DNA of 14,742 nucleotides, from positions 1 to 14,742 of the forward strand of contig CAZBPC010000085.1 of the NCBI GenBank assembly GCA_964493715.1. The letters are read 5' to 3'. The position numbers and the translations under genes are program-made. Below are positions 1-9,110 of the stretch, in pieces. Positions within the stretch are counted from its first letter, which is position 1. Every line of letters begins with the position of its first letter. The notes under the pieces are model-generated. The model worked only from the letters and a program-made list of their open reading frames with translations. It searched no databases and was not told the DNA's origin. This stretch comes from an uncultured archaeon (lineage in GTDB: Archaea; Asgardarchaeota; Lokiarchaeia; Sigyniarchaeales; SOKP01).

Positions 1-1219
1 CTTCAATATATATAGCTATTGCTTTCCCAATCGCGCACTTTAACTTTAATTTTTCGTCATTATAGATGTCTGATAACTCCTCTGTAAAATTATATTGAAG
101 TATGGCCTCCTTATAGAGTCCGTGAAATAGTAAAATTAAAGCTTTCAAGTAATTCAAAGTCAAACAAGTGTGAAAATTTTGAATAATGGTCGAAAATAAA
201 GCAGCTCTTTCAAGAGCATCAATTGCATTGTTGATACGACCAAGAGTAACTAATAAGAATGCTCGTAAAAACTCCATTTTTGAAATTTCAGAGCATATTA
301 ATTGCTGCACGATTTCAAAATCTTTCAAGGTAGTTAATTTACCTGCTGCTAGTTGTAAAAGAGAAACCAAAAAACCATTACCTTTCTTCAAGAATGAAAC
401 CGCATCTTTACTTTCATTTTTAATTATTGCTTCCCTTGCTTTATTTACATATTCCCGAGATATTTTTAAATTTTCAAGGAAATACATAATACTTGTTACT
501 AATTCTTCTTTACTAGCTGTTAAATTTTGGTTTTCAATATATTTCTCAGCAATTTCAATTTCTTCAATATGTTTTGATCTACCTATCTTAAATTTAACAG
601 CATCATCTTTTGCGAGAATTGAATCTTCAGTAACGGATACTGCTCTTTCAATTAGCCATTGAATCTTTTGTTCAGCAGGATAAATTTTAGAACGTTCAAT
701 CATGTAAGAGAGAGTATAGTTCAGACTTTTTTTCCATATATTTTTAAAATAGGCTCTTAATACATTGTCAGGTATGGTTCTTTGAACTTTCAGTAAAAAA
801 CTTGAAAGAGAGAGAATATTTAATTTATTTTTAAACAAAAGAGAGGCATTTTTCGCCAATTTAAAATCATCCGTAACCAAATGGGTTGTTATCCCTTCAT
901 TATCATCCATTAACCTTTCACTTAAAACCAATAATGAGAGATCAGGGTCTTGTGCTGGAAATTTTACATTAAATTCACTCAAATTATTTTTAACCATACT
1001 AATTTCTGAATGTAAAACAGGTTCAACATTGACAAATCGAGAAATTTTATCCCTGTATGTATGCGGTCCTTTCACTTCCCCGAAGACAACTTCACTCATG
1101 TAGTAATCCAGATCTAAGACTTTACTTGCTTTTTCTAAGTTCTTTAATACATCTTTAGCCCGAATAGACAACATACAAATAAAAAAATTCGCGTCGAATA
1201 CGATGTTTTCTTTTGGCAT
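1..1219 (-). CDS. PIN-domain nuclease fused to C-terminal TPR-like helical repeats (3' end beyond window edge)
   Basis: Translated by hand from ATG at 1219; open for 406 codons to the window edge and absent from the ORF track because it has no stop. MPKENIVFDANFFI...SEVVFGEVK...AQDPDLSLL...HLVTDDFKLAKNA carries the four acidic PIN positions (DAN, E, DxD, TDD). The C-terminal part has TPR-like helices: FLRAFLLVTLGRINNAIDALERA, YLKALILLFHGLYKEAILQYNFT, CAIGKAIAIYIE. Confidence 0.85.
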   Translation of the reverse strand, partial: MPKENIVFDANFFICMLSIRAKDVLKNLEKASKVLDLDYYMSEVVFGEVKGPHTYRDKISRFVNVEPVLHSEISMVKNNLSEFNVKFPAQDPDLSLLVLSERLMDDNEGITTHLVTDDFKLAKNASLLFKNKLNILSLSSFLLKVQRTIPDNVLRAYFKNIWKKSLNYTLSYMIERSKIYPAEQKIQWLIERAVSVTEDSILAKDDAVKFKIGRSKHIEEIEIAEKYIENQNLTASKEELVTSIMYFLENLKISREYVNKAREAIIKNESKDAVSFLKKGNGFLVSLLQLAAGKLTTLKDFEIVQQLICSEISKMEFLRAFLLVTLGRINNAIDALERAALFSTIIQNFHTCLTLNYLKALILLFHGLYKEAILQYNFTEELSDIYNDEKLKLKCAIGKAIAIYIE

Positions 1220-1326
1220 GATAGGTGAGTTACCTTAAAAATTTTTTAATTAAATAATTAATTGTAATGTATATATTATTTTAGCATTACATAAAGCATC
1301 TTAGAGAATTTTTTCTACAAATAAAG

Positions 1327-1839
1327 GTGAAGAATTTTAAAGTAATTTGCATTATTGGTTATTCTGGGAGCGGAAAAACATATCTTATCGAAAGTGTAAT
1401 AGAAAAATTAAAAATTAGATTTCTTTTTGATATTGGAGTAATTAAAAATGTCCATGAGCATCCAGTGGATTCTGAAGGGAAAGATTCATCTCGATATATT
1501 AAAGCTGGGGCTGATTTATCCATTATCAGAAATAAATTCCATGAAGTAGCTTTTTTTTTTAGAAAAGAGATGGATATACAATTATTTATCAATTGGATTG
1601 CTGAAGGTCCTTTTAAATTAGATCTTCTATTTATTGAAGGATTTAGAAAATTATCTTATCCTTCCATTCTGTGTGTAAAAGATACCAAGAATATTCAAAC
1701 TCAATTATCACAAAATGTAAAGATGATTTCAGGACTCATTACAGCTCAGAATAAACCATTAGATCACTATGTTGAAATTCCAGTTATTGATATCAATAAA
1801 AATTTTGAGGTTTTTGTTAAAATATTTGATTTATTATAA
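1327..1839 (+). CDS. mobB: Molybdopterin-guanine dinucleotide biosynthesis protein B
   Basis: GTG start. Walker A GYSGSGKT followed by VIKNVHEH, DSEGKDSSRYIKAGA and LFIEGFR, all typical MobB motifs; 170 aa. Confidence 0.9.
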   Translation: MKNFKVICIIGYSGSGKTYLIESVIEKLKIRFLFDIGVIKNVHEHPVDSEGKDSSRYIKAGADLSIIRNKFHEVAFFFRKEMDIQLFINWIAEGPFKLDLLFIEGFRKLSYPSILCVKDTKNIQTQLSQNVKMISGLITAQNKPLDHYVEIPVIDINKNFEVFVKIFDLL

Positions 1840-1849
1840 TCTTCAATCT

Positions 1850-3772
1850 TCAAGTCAGCCAGATTGGAATTAATTGATTACAAGCAAATCTAAATTCCTC
1901 AATAATTGTTTCATTTTCAGGTGAAATATCAATTAGAAAGAAGTCGTTTAGAGATTTTTGAACTTCCTCCTTCTTTTTTAAATCTTTGATTGATTTTTGA
2001 ATCATTAAAATAAACTCATTTAGAGGAGCAATGATTTGATTAACTAAAAATTCTTCAAGTAAAATCGTATCAGAATATGATTGAAAATTATAGGTAATAA
2101 CAAATCTAAGAATATCTTCTACATTATAGAAATGCCTATCTGGAATATTCACTCCGAACGATTTTAACTCACCTCTTAATTCATCCTTGTTCATACTGAT
2201 GACATAATCTGGCCATACATCGTCAGAAACATTTAAATCCTGGAAAATAAATAATTCCAATACTCTTAACGCAATATTTTTTCCAATATAACGACTTCTG
2301 GGGTCAATGAAGTTTTTCGATGCTTGGTTTGGACTTTTTCTAATAAAAATTTGATCTATTAAGGTATAAAGCATTCGGCATATATGATCAACAACATCTT
2401 TAAATGTGAAAGGCTCATCATCAAATTTCTCACTTATAGTTTTATTCTCGCTTTCAATTAGTGTAGATAATTTTAAATTTAGACTGTGTAAAAAAGTCTT
2501 GAAAAAGCTATAATTCATGCTTGTCAAATGTTTATTAAATATTTTCTCAAAAAGAATATCAACATTATTAATACTTGAAAGAATTGAAGCATTGTCAATG
2601 AATTTCTGGACTCTTGTGAATGCAACATTATCAATTTTGTTCTCATGGTTTTCATTATACTGATTTAATGCTAATTTGAACTTTTCGGGTAAAAACAGCA
2701 TGCTCTTTTCTACAAATGCTTTCAAACTACTACCTCCAAAATATACTTTCATGTAGAGTAAGAATAAATTAAATTGAGCTTTTGAACTTGGAAGGTTATT
2801 AGATTGGAATGTACTATACAGCGTGGATTTCTGGTCTAAAAAATTAAAAATTTTTATTATAGAATCTTTTTTTCCTTCTGAATAATTAAAATTTACGAGA
2901 AACTGTTCTTTAATTACATCTATTTTAGAGTAAACTGAATCTTCTACACGAGCACAGACGAAATTGATAAAATCTAGGAGAGGAGAAAAGTTATGCAAAA
3001 GGTTGCATTTTTTGTAAAAATAATACAGTAGATCTACTAATTTCTCTTTAGCCAAAGGATAATTCTTAATTGCCAGATTGTATAATTTTTCTCTACCTAA
3101 TAATAATTTTCCGTAATAATCTTCAGGAATTCCCTTGAAATGTCTCAGGAAGTAATACAAAAACATGTAATAATAATATTCAAAAAGATTATCCTTACTA
3201 TCCTTGATAACAATTAAGAAATTTAGAATATTATTGTTTTCTTCTTCTCGTAAAACAGCTCCATCTAAAATCACATAAAAAGCTTCCTTCATGAGTTTCC
3301 TTAAGATTACGCCAAGGATAGATACTACAATGTATAGATACCCAGTTGGTGTTGTTATTCCATTTATTAAATTTCCATAATTCTGACCAAATTCCTTGAA
3401 ACTTCTTTTTTCCTCACTTGACATTACATAATTATATTCTAAAAAAAGATTATCTTCTGAGACTTTTTCTTTAATAATCAATTTTAATGATTTGCTATCA
3501 AATCCACAGAATCTTTCAAGGAAATTTTGAAAAAAATCATTAAAGTATAAATAAAAAAATGTGGTATACGTTTTTTGTATGACTCTGGTTTTATTTTGAA
3601 GTTTAAAGGCTTCCCATTTAAATTGTATTTCGTTTTGAAATACTTCCAATTCATGATCTTTATTCCTTAAAATGTTAAAAAATGAGCTAGAATTTAATTT
3701 TAGGGAAACACCTTCATCCTTCATTCTGTCTCCCATTGTTTCAAGTATTTTATTTAGTCCTATGCTCGACAA
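1850..3772 (-). CDS. Hypothetical 640-aa soluble, mostly alpha-helical protein
   Basis: Long ORF rich in F/Y/L/K/E with no recognisable catalytic motif. The start is uncertain (TTG at 3772 or a downstream ATG). Confidence 0.8.
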   Translation of the reverse strand: MSSIGLNKILETMGDRMKDEGVSLKLNSSSFFNILRNKDHELEVFQNEIQFKWEAFKLQNKTRVIQKTYTTFFYLYFNDFFQNFLERFCGFDSKSLKLIIKEKVSEDNLFLEYNYVMSSEEKRSFKEFGQNYGNLINGITTPTGYLYIVVSILGVILRKLMKEAFYVILDGAVLREEENNNILNFLIVIKDSKDNLFEYYYYMFLYYFLRHFKGIPEDYYGKLLLGREKLYNLAIKNYPLAKEKLVDLLYYFYKKCNLLHNFSPLLDFINFVCARVEDSVYSKIDVIKEQFLVNFNYSEGKKDSIIKIFNFLDQKSTLYSTFQSNNLPSSKAQFNLFLLYMKVYFGGSSLKAFVEKSMLFLPEKFKLALNQYNENHENKIDNVAFTRVQKFIDNASILSSINNVDILFEKIFNKHLTSMNYSFFKTFLHSLNLKLSTLIESENKTISEKFDDEPFTFKDVVDHICRMLYTLIDQIFIRKSPNQASKNFIDPRSRYIGKNIALRVLELFIFQDLNVSDDVWPDYVISMNKDELRGELKSFGVNIPDRHFYNVEDILRFVITYNFQSYSDTILLEEFLVNQIIAPLNEFILMIQKSIKDLKKKEEVQKSLNDFFLIDISPENETIIEEFRFACNQLIPIWLT

Positions 3773-3895
3773 TTTGTATCAAAGAATAATTTAATTAGAA
3801 ATGAAATCTGATTGTATTAACCCTAATATTATATAATATTAAATTATATTTCAGAAATAAAAATATTGGCTTATCAAAATGAGCACTTAATAATA

Positions 3896-4936
3896 TTAAA
3901 AAATTTTCAAAATTTCGTCTATTTCAGAATAGATCATTGGCTCTATCTTATCATCAAGTTTTTTTATTCTCAAATCTTTTTCCTTTTCTGTAAAATGACC
4001 AATAATTTGTGCTTCAATGCCATCATCTCTCAATAGATCTACTAATTTATCAGAATTTATTTCCTCTAAAGCAATTAATAGTGATCCGGAAGAAATTGTA
4101 CCGAGTGGATCCAAGCTAAAGATTTCACTTAATATTTTGGGTTCTGGTAATATGTTTATCTTTTTTTCATCAATTAACACGCCTAGATTTGAAGCAATTG
4201 CCAACTCCGCAATGCCAGTGGTTAAACCTCCTTCTGTTGGATCGTGCATGGCGTGAATATCAAATTTGCTGTTCGCTAAGAGAGCTTCCTTCATAATACT
4301 TATTCCTGGATGATGAAGATAACTTTTGCATTTTTCAATAAAAACATCACTGAATCCTTTTTTTCTTAATACTGCTTCTTTTTCTCTTCCAATTATTGAG
4401 GTTCCTTCTATAAATATTCCCTTTGTTAGAATTAAAGCATCACCTTGACAAACTCCAGAAGACTTAACCAATTTTTCTTTTGTTACTTCTCCTAATAATG
4501 ATCCTACAATAATGGGGCGAACAAGCCCTGAAGTTACTTCAGTATGACCCCCTATAATTGTAATATTTAAGGAACGACACGTATCGTGTATATCCTTGAA
4601 TATAGATTCTATTAAATCAGTTGAAGTATGTTTTTCAGGTAAAAGAATAGTAGATTGAAACCATTTTGGAGTTGCTCCAGTGCACACCACGTCATTAACG
4701 TTAATATGAACTGCATAGAAACCAATTTCGTCAGTAGCGAATGTAATGGGATCAGTTTTGGCAACTAGGTAATTATGACCCATATCAATTACTGCTGCGT
4801 CTTCTCCTAATTTAGAACCCACGATAACTCTCTCATCCTTAATTTCAAGGTCAGAAACATAGGTATTTAGGATTTTGTTCAGAAACTCGTGTTTTAATTT
4901 GCCCAACCCGAGTTTTTTATTAGATATCTCACTCAT
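3896..4936 (-). CDS. AIR synthase-related (PurM-like superfamily; HypE/ThiL/SelD relative) ATP-dependent enzyme
   Basis: Motifs LGKL, GEDAAVID, TDPITF, HINVNDV, GGHTEVT, GDALILTK, AMHDPTEGGL and SSGSLL. It lacks the C-terminal PRIC of HypE and the N-terminal C/U-x-x-K of SelD. Confidence 0.88.
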   Translation of the reverse strand: MSEISNKKLGLGKLKHEFLNKILNTYVSDLEIKDERVIVGSKLGEDAAVIDMGHNYLVAKTDPITFATDEIGFYAVHINVNDVVCTGATPKWFQSTILLPEKHTSTDLIESIFKDIHDTCRSLNITIIGGHTEVTSGLVRPIIVGSLLGEVTKEKLVKSSGVCQGDALILTKGIFIEGTSIIGREKEAVLRKKGFSDVFIEKCKSYLHHPGISIMKEALLANSKFDIHAMHDPTEGGLTTGIAELAIASNLGVLIDEKKINILPEPKILSEIFSLDPLGTISSGSLLIALEEINSDKLVDLLRDDGIEAQIIGHFTEKEKDLRIKKLDDKIEPMIYSEIDEILKIF

Positions 4937-5030
4937 GAGCCAATCAATATTAGTAATGGTATATTATTTAAATCTCAAATTATTTTTTTTTTCCAAAATC
5001 TTCAATTTTGAAACTGGTAAAATTGGTCTA

Positions 5031-5045
5031 ATATAAATTTATATA
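5031..5045. promoter_or_regulatory. TATA box (TTTATATA, 5038-5045) overlapping the palindrome ATATAAATTTATAT (5031-5044) in a divergent intergenic region
   Basis: Archaeal TATA consensus about 50 nt upstream of the 5093/5099 start. Confidence 0.5.
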
Positions 5046-5092
5046 GCTTATGTATGATTATGATTATATAATTAACAAAATATAATGAGTTA

Positions 5093-5611
5093 GTGAAAAT
5101 GGGATTCGGAAAATCATTCGGCTTTAGCTTACTCACGTATATTGGGCTAAATTTCCTTTTTGTAATTATTGTTGAGACAATAAGTGGTGATTTAAACACC
5201 ACATTCAGTGTAATATCAGCTGATCCCTTTATAATAATTCTAATCTTGTTTGGACCTATTACTAATACCCCAGGAATGGTTTTTAATGGGATAATATTGC
5301 AATTAACAGGTATATTAGGCTTAGATGTACTAATTGGATTCATCGGTAACATAGTTTCGCTTTTTATAGCTGCCATTGTTGCTGGTAGGGTAGGTGAAAA
5401 TAAGGGAGCAAGCTTTGGAGGCTTTTTGCTCACTGCATTTGTTAGTGTACTAGCAATAAGCGCTTTAGTTTATTTAAGCCCAGCAACTTTAACGGCTTAT
5501 AGTTTACCTCCTAATATGACAACTATTGCCTTAGCATCAGTTGGTGGGATAACCAATGGCATCTTTTATGGAGCTTTTGCCCTGCTATTTACAAAAACTG
5601 AAATGTATTAA
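5093..5611 (+). CDS. Small polytopic membrane protein (about 4-5 TM, Gly/Ala-rich)
   Basis: Almost entirely hydrophobic, with a short loop AGRVGENKGASFGG. The real start may be ATG 5099 (MGFGKSF). Confidence 0.8.
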   Translation: MKMGFGKSFGFSLLTYIGLNFLFVIIVETISGDLNTTFSVISADPFIIILILFGPITNTPGMVFNGIILQLTGILGLDVLIGFIGNIVSLFIAAIVAGRVGENKGASFGGFLLTAFVSVLAISALVYLSPATLTAYSLPPNMTTIALASVGGITNGIFYGAFALLFTKTEMY

Positions 5612-5635
5612 TAAAAATTTTTAGTGAAGTAGGCA

Positions 5636-5668
5636 TTTTTCTTTTTTTTTATTTAATATGCAAAATAG
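5636..5668. terminator. Bidirectional oligo-T/oligo-A terminator region between convergent genes
   Basis: TTTTTCTTTTTTTTT follows the + gene, and AATAGAATAAAAAAA (T-rich on the - strand) follows the - gene. Confidence 0.6.
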
Positions 5669-5693
5669 AATAAAAAAAGTATGTTTTTAACGT

Positions 5694-6713
5694 TTATTCT
5701 TCGATTTTATTATATTTATGGGCAAAAATGGAATGCATTCCAAACAAGAAGGTAAAAAACAAAAAGATGATAAAAATCCCCCATTGTTGTAAAAGAACGA
5801 ATTCCTCTGTGACTACTCTGGAAATTAATTTAGAAATTTGTACATATAATTTCATAGTTATTAAAAACAATGCAATTGTGTCTACCTTGAAATAGCTTAA
5901 TTTCTTCTTAATATATTCAATTCTATCATAGACCGTCCCTAAAATGTATAGTAACAAGACCACATCCATGAAGAATGATAGCATTATGTAGAATATATCA
6001 GTGGATTCATTGCTGAAAAATCGTCCATAGATGAAATCAAATATAAGATATAATATGTAAAAAGTCGTAAGAAGAAAGAACAGAGTGATATAGGCAGCAA
6101 ATTTTTTAGCTATTAAAAGTCTTAAAAATACAATTCCCATTAAGATCAAATTAATCCACAGAATTATCCTTAATATTGAACCAGCTGCTTGCTGTAATGG
6201 TGTTAAATATTTGGTAAAAAAATTTACTGTAATTTGTAACACCCACCAATCCAATATTCCGAAAAAAATGAATGTAATTATTCTTAAGGATAATCTTGAT
6301 TTTTTACCTTTATACAGATAATCATCGACTTTAGTAGCTGAATCCATGCATAATTTAAACCCAAAGAATGCGGTAAAGAATAAATTTGCATTCAACATTA
6401 TAATGAAAAAGATACCAGAGGTGGGAGAGAAGATTGTTCCCCATAAATAAACTGCCATCCCCATAGACATAACAAAAATAATAACTGAAATGAACCATTT
6501 TACCTTTTCAATTGGTTTGAATAGTAATATTATTATAAAAATAATTTCAAAAAATAATAATCCTCCCCCAAAGGTAATGATTATTTGAAATAAAAAGGGT
6601 AATGGAAAGAAATTCAATATCAAAATAAGCAACCAAAGCAAAATAAAAGAGGCAATGATGAATATATAAAATGGTTTTTTAAATAGTTCCTTGAGACCCG
6701 TTATGAATGACAT
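5694..6713 (-). CDS. Polytopic membrane protein (about 9-10 TM), function unknown
   Basis: 339-aa ORF of alternating hydrophobic segments and Lys-rich loops; ATG start. Confidence 0.82.
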   Translation of the reverse strand: MSFITGLKELFKKPFYIFIIASFILLWLLILILNFFPLPFLFQIIITFGGGLLFFEIIFIIILLFKPIEKVKWFISVIIFVMSMGMAVYLWGTIFSPTSGIFFIIMLNANLFFTAFFGFKLCMDSATKVDDYLYKGKKSRLSLRIITFIFFGILDWWVLQITVNFFTKYLTPLQQAAGSILRIILWINLILMGIVFLRLLIAKKFAAYITLFFLLTTFYILYLIFDFIYGRFFSNESTDIFYIMLSFFMDVVLLLYILGTVYDRIEYIKKKLSYFKVDTIALFLITMKLYVQISKLISRVVTEEFVLLQQWGIFIIFLFFTFLFGMHSIFAHKYNKIEE

Positions 6714-7000
6714 TTTTTATTCAGATATAAGAATTAAGGTATATCCAATTAATCTCTTTAATTCATTTTAAATTTGCTCTTGTTCTATAGATTATTAATG
6801 CATTAATATGTCTCACAAACTAAGTTTAATAAAAAGAGAATAATAGTATATGTAAAATCGAAATATTAGCGTTAATATCTCCATATCTTGAAAAAGCAGC
6901 TTAACGTAGTCATAAATACCGACAAAAAAGGAATTAATCATTGGTTTTGGGGCAATTTTGACAAATTTATTAAAATGAAATTGTTAAGAGGTCCCTCAAT

Positions 7001-7345
7001 TTGAGTTCTGGAAAATTAAAAATAGCCAAGGATTCATTAGGGGGAGACTATCTCCTTGACCAGAAATTGTCTATCAAAGCTCCAAATAATTCCCTCTTTA
7101 AAAGAGAAAATTTAACTCAAATCATGCTTATTTCTGAAGAATTTAGTCAAAATTTCAAATATGTCAATTTACAACCACTTGATGAGGATCTATATGATAT
7201 ACTTCACAAAGTCATGGAAATACATCTTTCATTATCAAATAATAAAGATAAATTGTTAAGTAACAATCAAATTATTGATTATTGCATGCTTGAAAGGTAT
7301 TTCATGAGGAAATATTTGAAAAAAGTAATAAAAAAGATTACATAA
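7001..7345 (+). CDS. Hypothetical 114-aa protein
   Basis: TTG start with GAGGT at 6988-6992 upstream. It fills the gap and ends 3 nt from the convergent gene's stop. Confidence 0.6.
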   Translation: MSSGKLKIAKDSLGGDYLLDQKLSIKAPNNSLFKRENLTQIMLISEEFSQNFKYVNLQPLDEDLYDILHKVMEIHLSLSNNKDKLLSNNQIIDYCMLERYFMRKYLKKVIKKIT

Positions 7346-7348
7346 TTA

Positions 7349-8776
7349 CTAACGTGATTGCAAGTATTCAGAGTAATCACATAATAAGGACAAGCTTCTG
7401 GCTGCTTCACTCAGGGAGAAAAAGTATAAAATTCTTTGCTTATGCAATATTTTTTGAACATTAGAAAACTTCTTGGCACTATCTAAAGAATCTGAAATAC
7501 TTGGTAAACTAAACGCAAAAGGTTTCCCACTTTTTTTTAACGTTTTGATCATTTTGGTAAACACGTAACTATATAAAAAGTGAGGCCATAATGGGGCTAG
7601 TAAAATGTCGATAAGAGGATCTTTAGCAACTACTTCAATACATTTAATGAAGATATCTACCACAAATCCAAGAGCACCAAGATCAATTGGATTCCTTATA
7701 TTAACATTTTCTTTTGGTAAGATTTCGGAGATCTCTTTTTGTGATCCTAATGTCAGTTCTGGTACTTTCAATCCGTTTACCGCAAGTAAATCCGTTGCAT
7801 TTACGGAAGAACCACCTCCAGGGGTGATTATTCCCACATTTCTTCCCTTTGGTAATAATTGTGGTACTAACAATTCAAATGTTTTAATAGCATTCCAAAA
7901 TTCTTCTTCATCATGTACGATTACAGCTCCGGTTTGCTTAGCAAGCATATTCCATAATTTCATTTCGCTTGCCATGGCACCCGTGTGAGAAAATGCTGCA
8001 CGCGAGCCATCTTTAGTGTAACCCCCTTTCCAAATTATTACTGGTTTACTTTTTGTGGTTTCTTTCAATTCTAAATAAAAATCATTCCCGTTTCCAGATC
8101 CAAATGACTCGAGATAGGCTGCAATGAGCTTTGTTTTATTATCGCTGTGGTAAAATCGTAAAAAATCAATAGCATTTAAATCAATTTGGTTTCCAAAACT
8201 TACTCCATATCGATATCTAAAATCACGCTTAATTCCAATATCTAATAGTTGAGTAAGATGCCCTCCAGATTGAGACATAAAGGATATTCCTCCAGGAATC
8301 CCTTTATGGGATGAAAACGAGAAAGCCATCCCAGTCTCTCCGTTAAATGGCCCTAAACAATTTGGACCTATAACATGTGTAGTGGAGCCCTTGATGATCT
8401 CTTTTATTTGATTTTCTAGTATAATTCCCTCTTTATCTCCAGTTTCAGAGAAGCCCGATGAAAAAATAATTACCCAGGGTATTTTTTTCTCTACACATTC
8501 AATTAGCACGCTTGGGATGATCTTGGTCTTAACAGAGATGTAAGCTGTATCAATAGGGAATGGAATGTCTAAAACGGAAGCATAACATTTCCAATCCATT
8601 AGTTTTTCATATCGTGGGTTGACTGGATAAAACTTGGATGTCCATTGAGACTCCTTAAATGCTGTTAGATATAACATCGATCCGAAAGCACTCTTCTCCG
8701 AAGCCCCAATGAAAGCAATATGTTCGGGATGAAAAAGACTCTGATCGATTTTGATCAAACGATGTTGATTTTCCAT
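7349..8776 (-). CDS. acdA: Acyl-CoA synthetase (ADP/NDP-forming) alpha subunit, AcdA-like (CoA-binding + ligase domains, no ATP-grasp)
   Basis: Motifs FHPEHIAFIGAS, YPVNP, SSGFSE, IGPNCLG, SQSGG, SFGNQID, YLES, the phospho-His motif SHTGAMA and NPIDLG. Confidence 0.85.
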   Translation of the reverse strand: MENQHRLIKIDQSLFHPEHIAFIGASEKSAFGSMLYLTAFKESQWTSKFYPVNPRYEKLMDWKCYASVLDIPFPIDTAYISVKTKIIPSVLIECVEKKIPWVIIFSSGFSETGDKEGIILENQIKEIIKGSTTHVIGPNCLGPFNGETGMAFSFSSHKGIPGGISFMSQSGGHLTQLLDIGIKRDFRYRYGVSFGNQIDLNAIDFLRFYHSDNKTKLIAAYLESFGSGNGNDFYLELKETTKSKPVIIWKGGYTKDGSRAAFSHTGAMASEMKLWNMLAKQTGAVIVHDEEEFWNAIKTFELLVPQLLPKGRNVGIITPGGGSSVNATDLLAVNGLKVPELTLGSQKEISEILPKENVNIRNPIDLGALGFVVDIFIKCIEVVAKDPLIDILLAPLWPHFLYSYVFTKMIKTLKKSGKPFAFSLPSISDSLDSAKKFSNVQKILHKQRILYFFSLSEAARSLSLLCDYSEYLQSR

Positions 8777-8835
8777 TATTTGATAAAATAATTAAAATGT
8801 TATATTTGTTATGAAATATGGTTCTAAACTTACAT

Positions 8836-8847
8836 CTTTATATAAAG
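8836..8847. promoter_or_regulatory. Palindromic TATA element CTTTATATAAAG
   Basis: Perfect 12-bp palindrome that reads TTTATATA on both strands, about 60 nt upstream of the acdA start. Confidence 0.45.
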
Positions 8848-9110
8848 TAACCGAAGGCAAAAATATGAAATTATATTTGGTAGGGAGTTTTTATAGTTCT
8901 CATTTAATTTATTCTTAGAATGGAAAAAAAAATCTGTAGAACAATTTGGATTTCGCCCTCTTTAGCTTGTTTTATATAATATCCTATGGATTTTAATTTC
9001 CTTTTCTCTTTTTAATTCTGAGTCATGAGTAAAGTTTATATGGAAAATAGGTCAAATTTTATAGGATGATTTATTGAGATAATATATAACTCAAACTGGA
9101 TTAAGGGATA

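Noticed and set aside
186-662. 158-aa + strand ORF
   Set aside because: Antisense shadow of the PIN-TPR gene.
3896-4936. Calling the gene hypE, selD or thiL
   Set aside because: The diagnostic HypE and SelD residues and any supporting gene context are absent.
5093-5150. Class III (pilin) signal peptide at MKMG|FGKSF
   Set aside because: The polar GKS follows the putative cleavage site, and the protein is polytopic.
5002-5433. 143-aa - strand ORF
   Set aside because: Antisense to the membrane protein at 5093-5611 and runs into AT-rich promoter DNA.
8811-8918. 35-aa intergenic ORF MKYGSKLTSLYKVTEGKNMKLYLVGSFYSSHLIYS
   Set aside because: No RBS, signal peptide or terminator, and it overlaps a TATA element, unlike the 12942 peptide.
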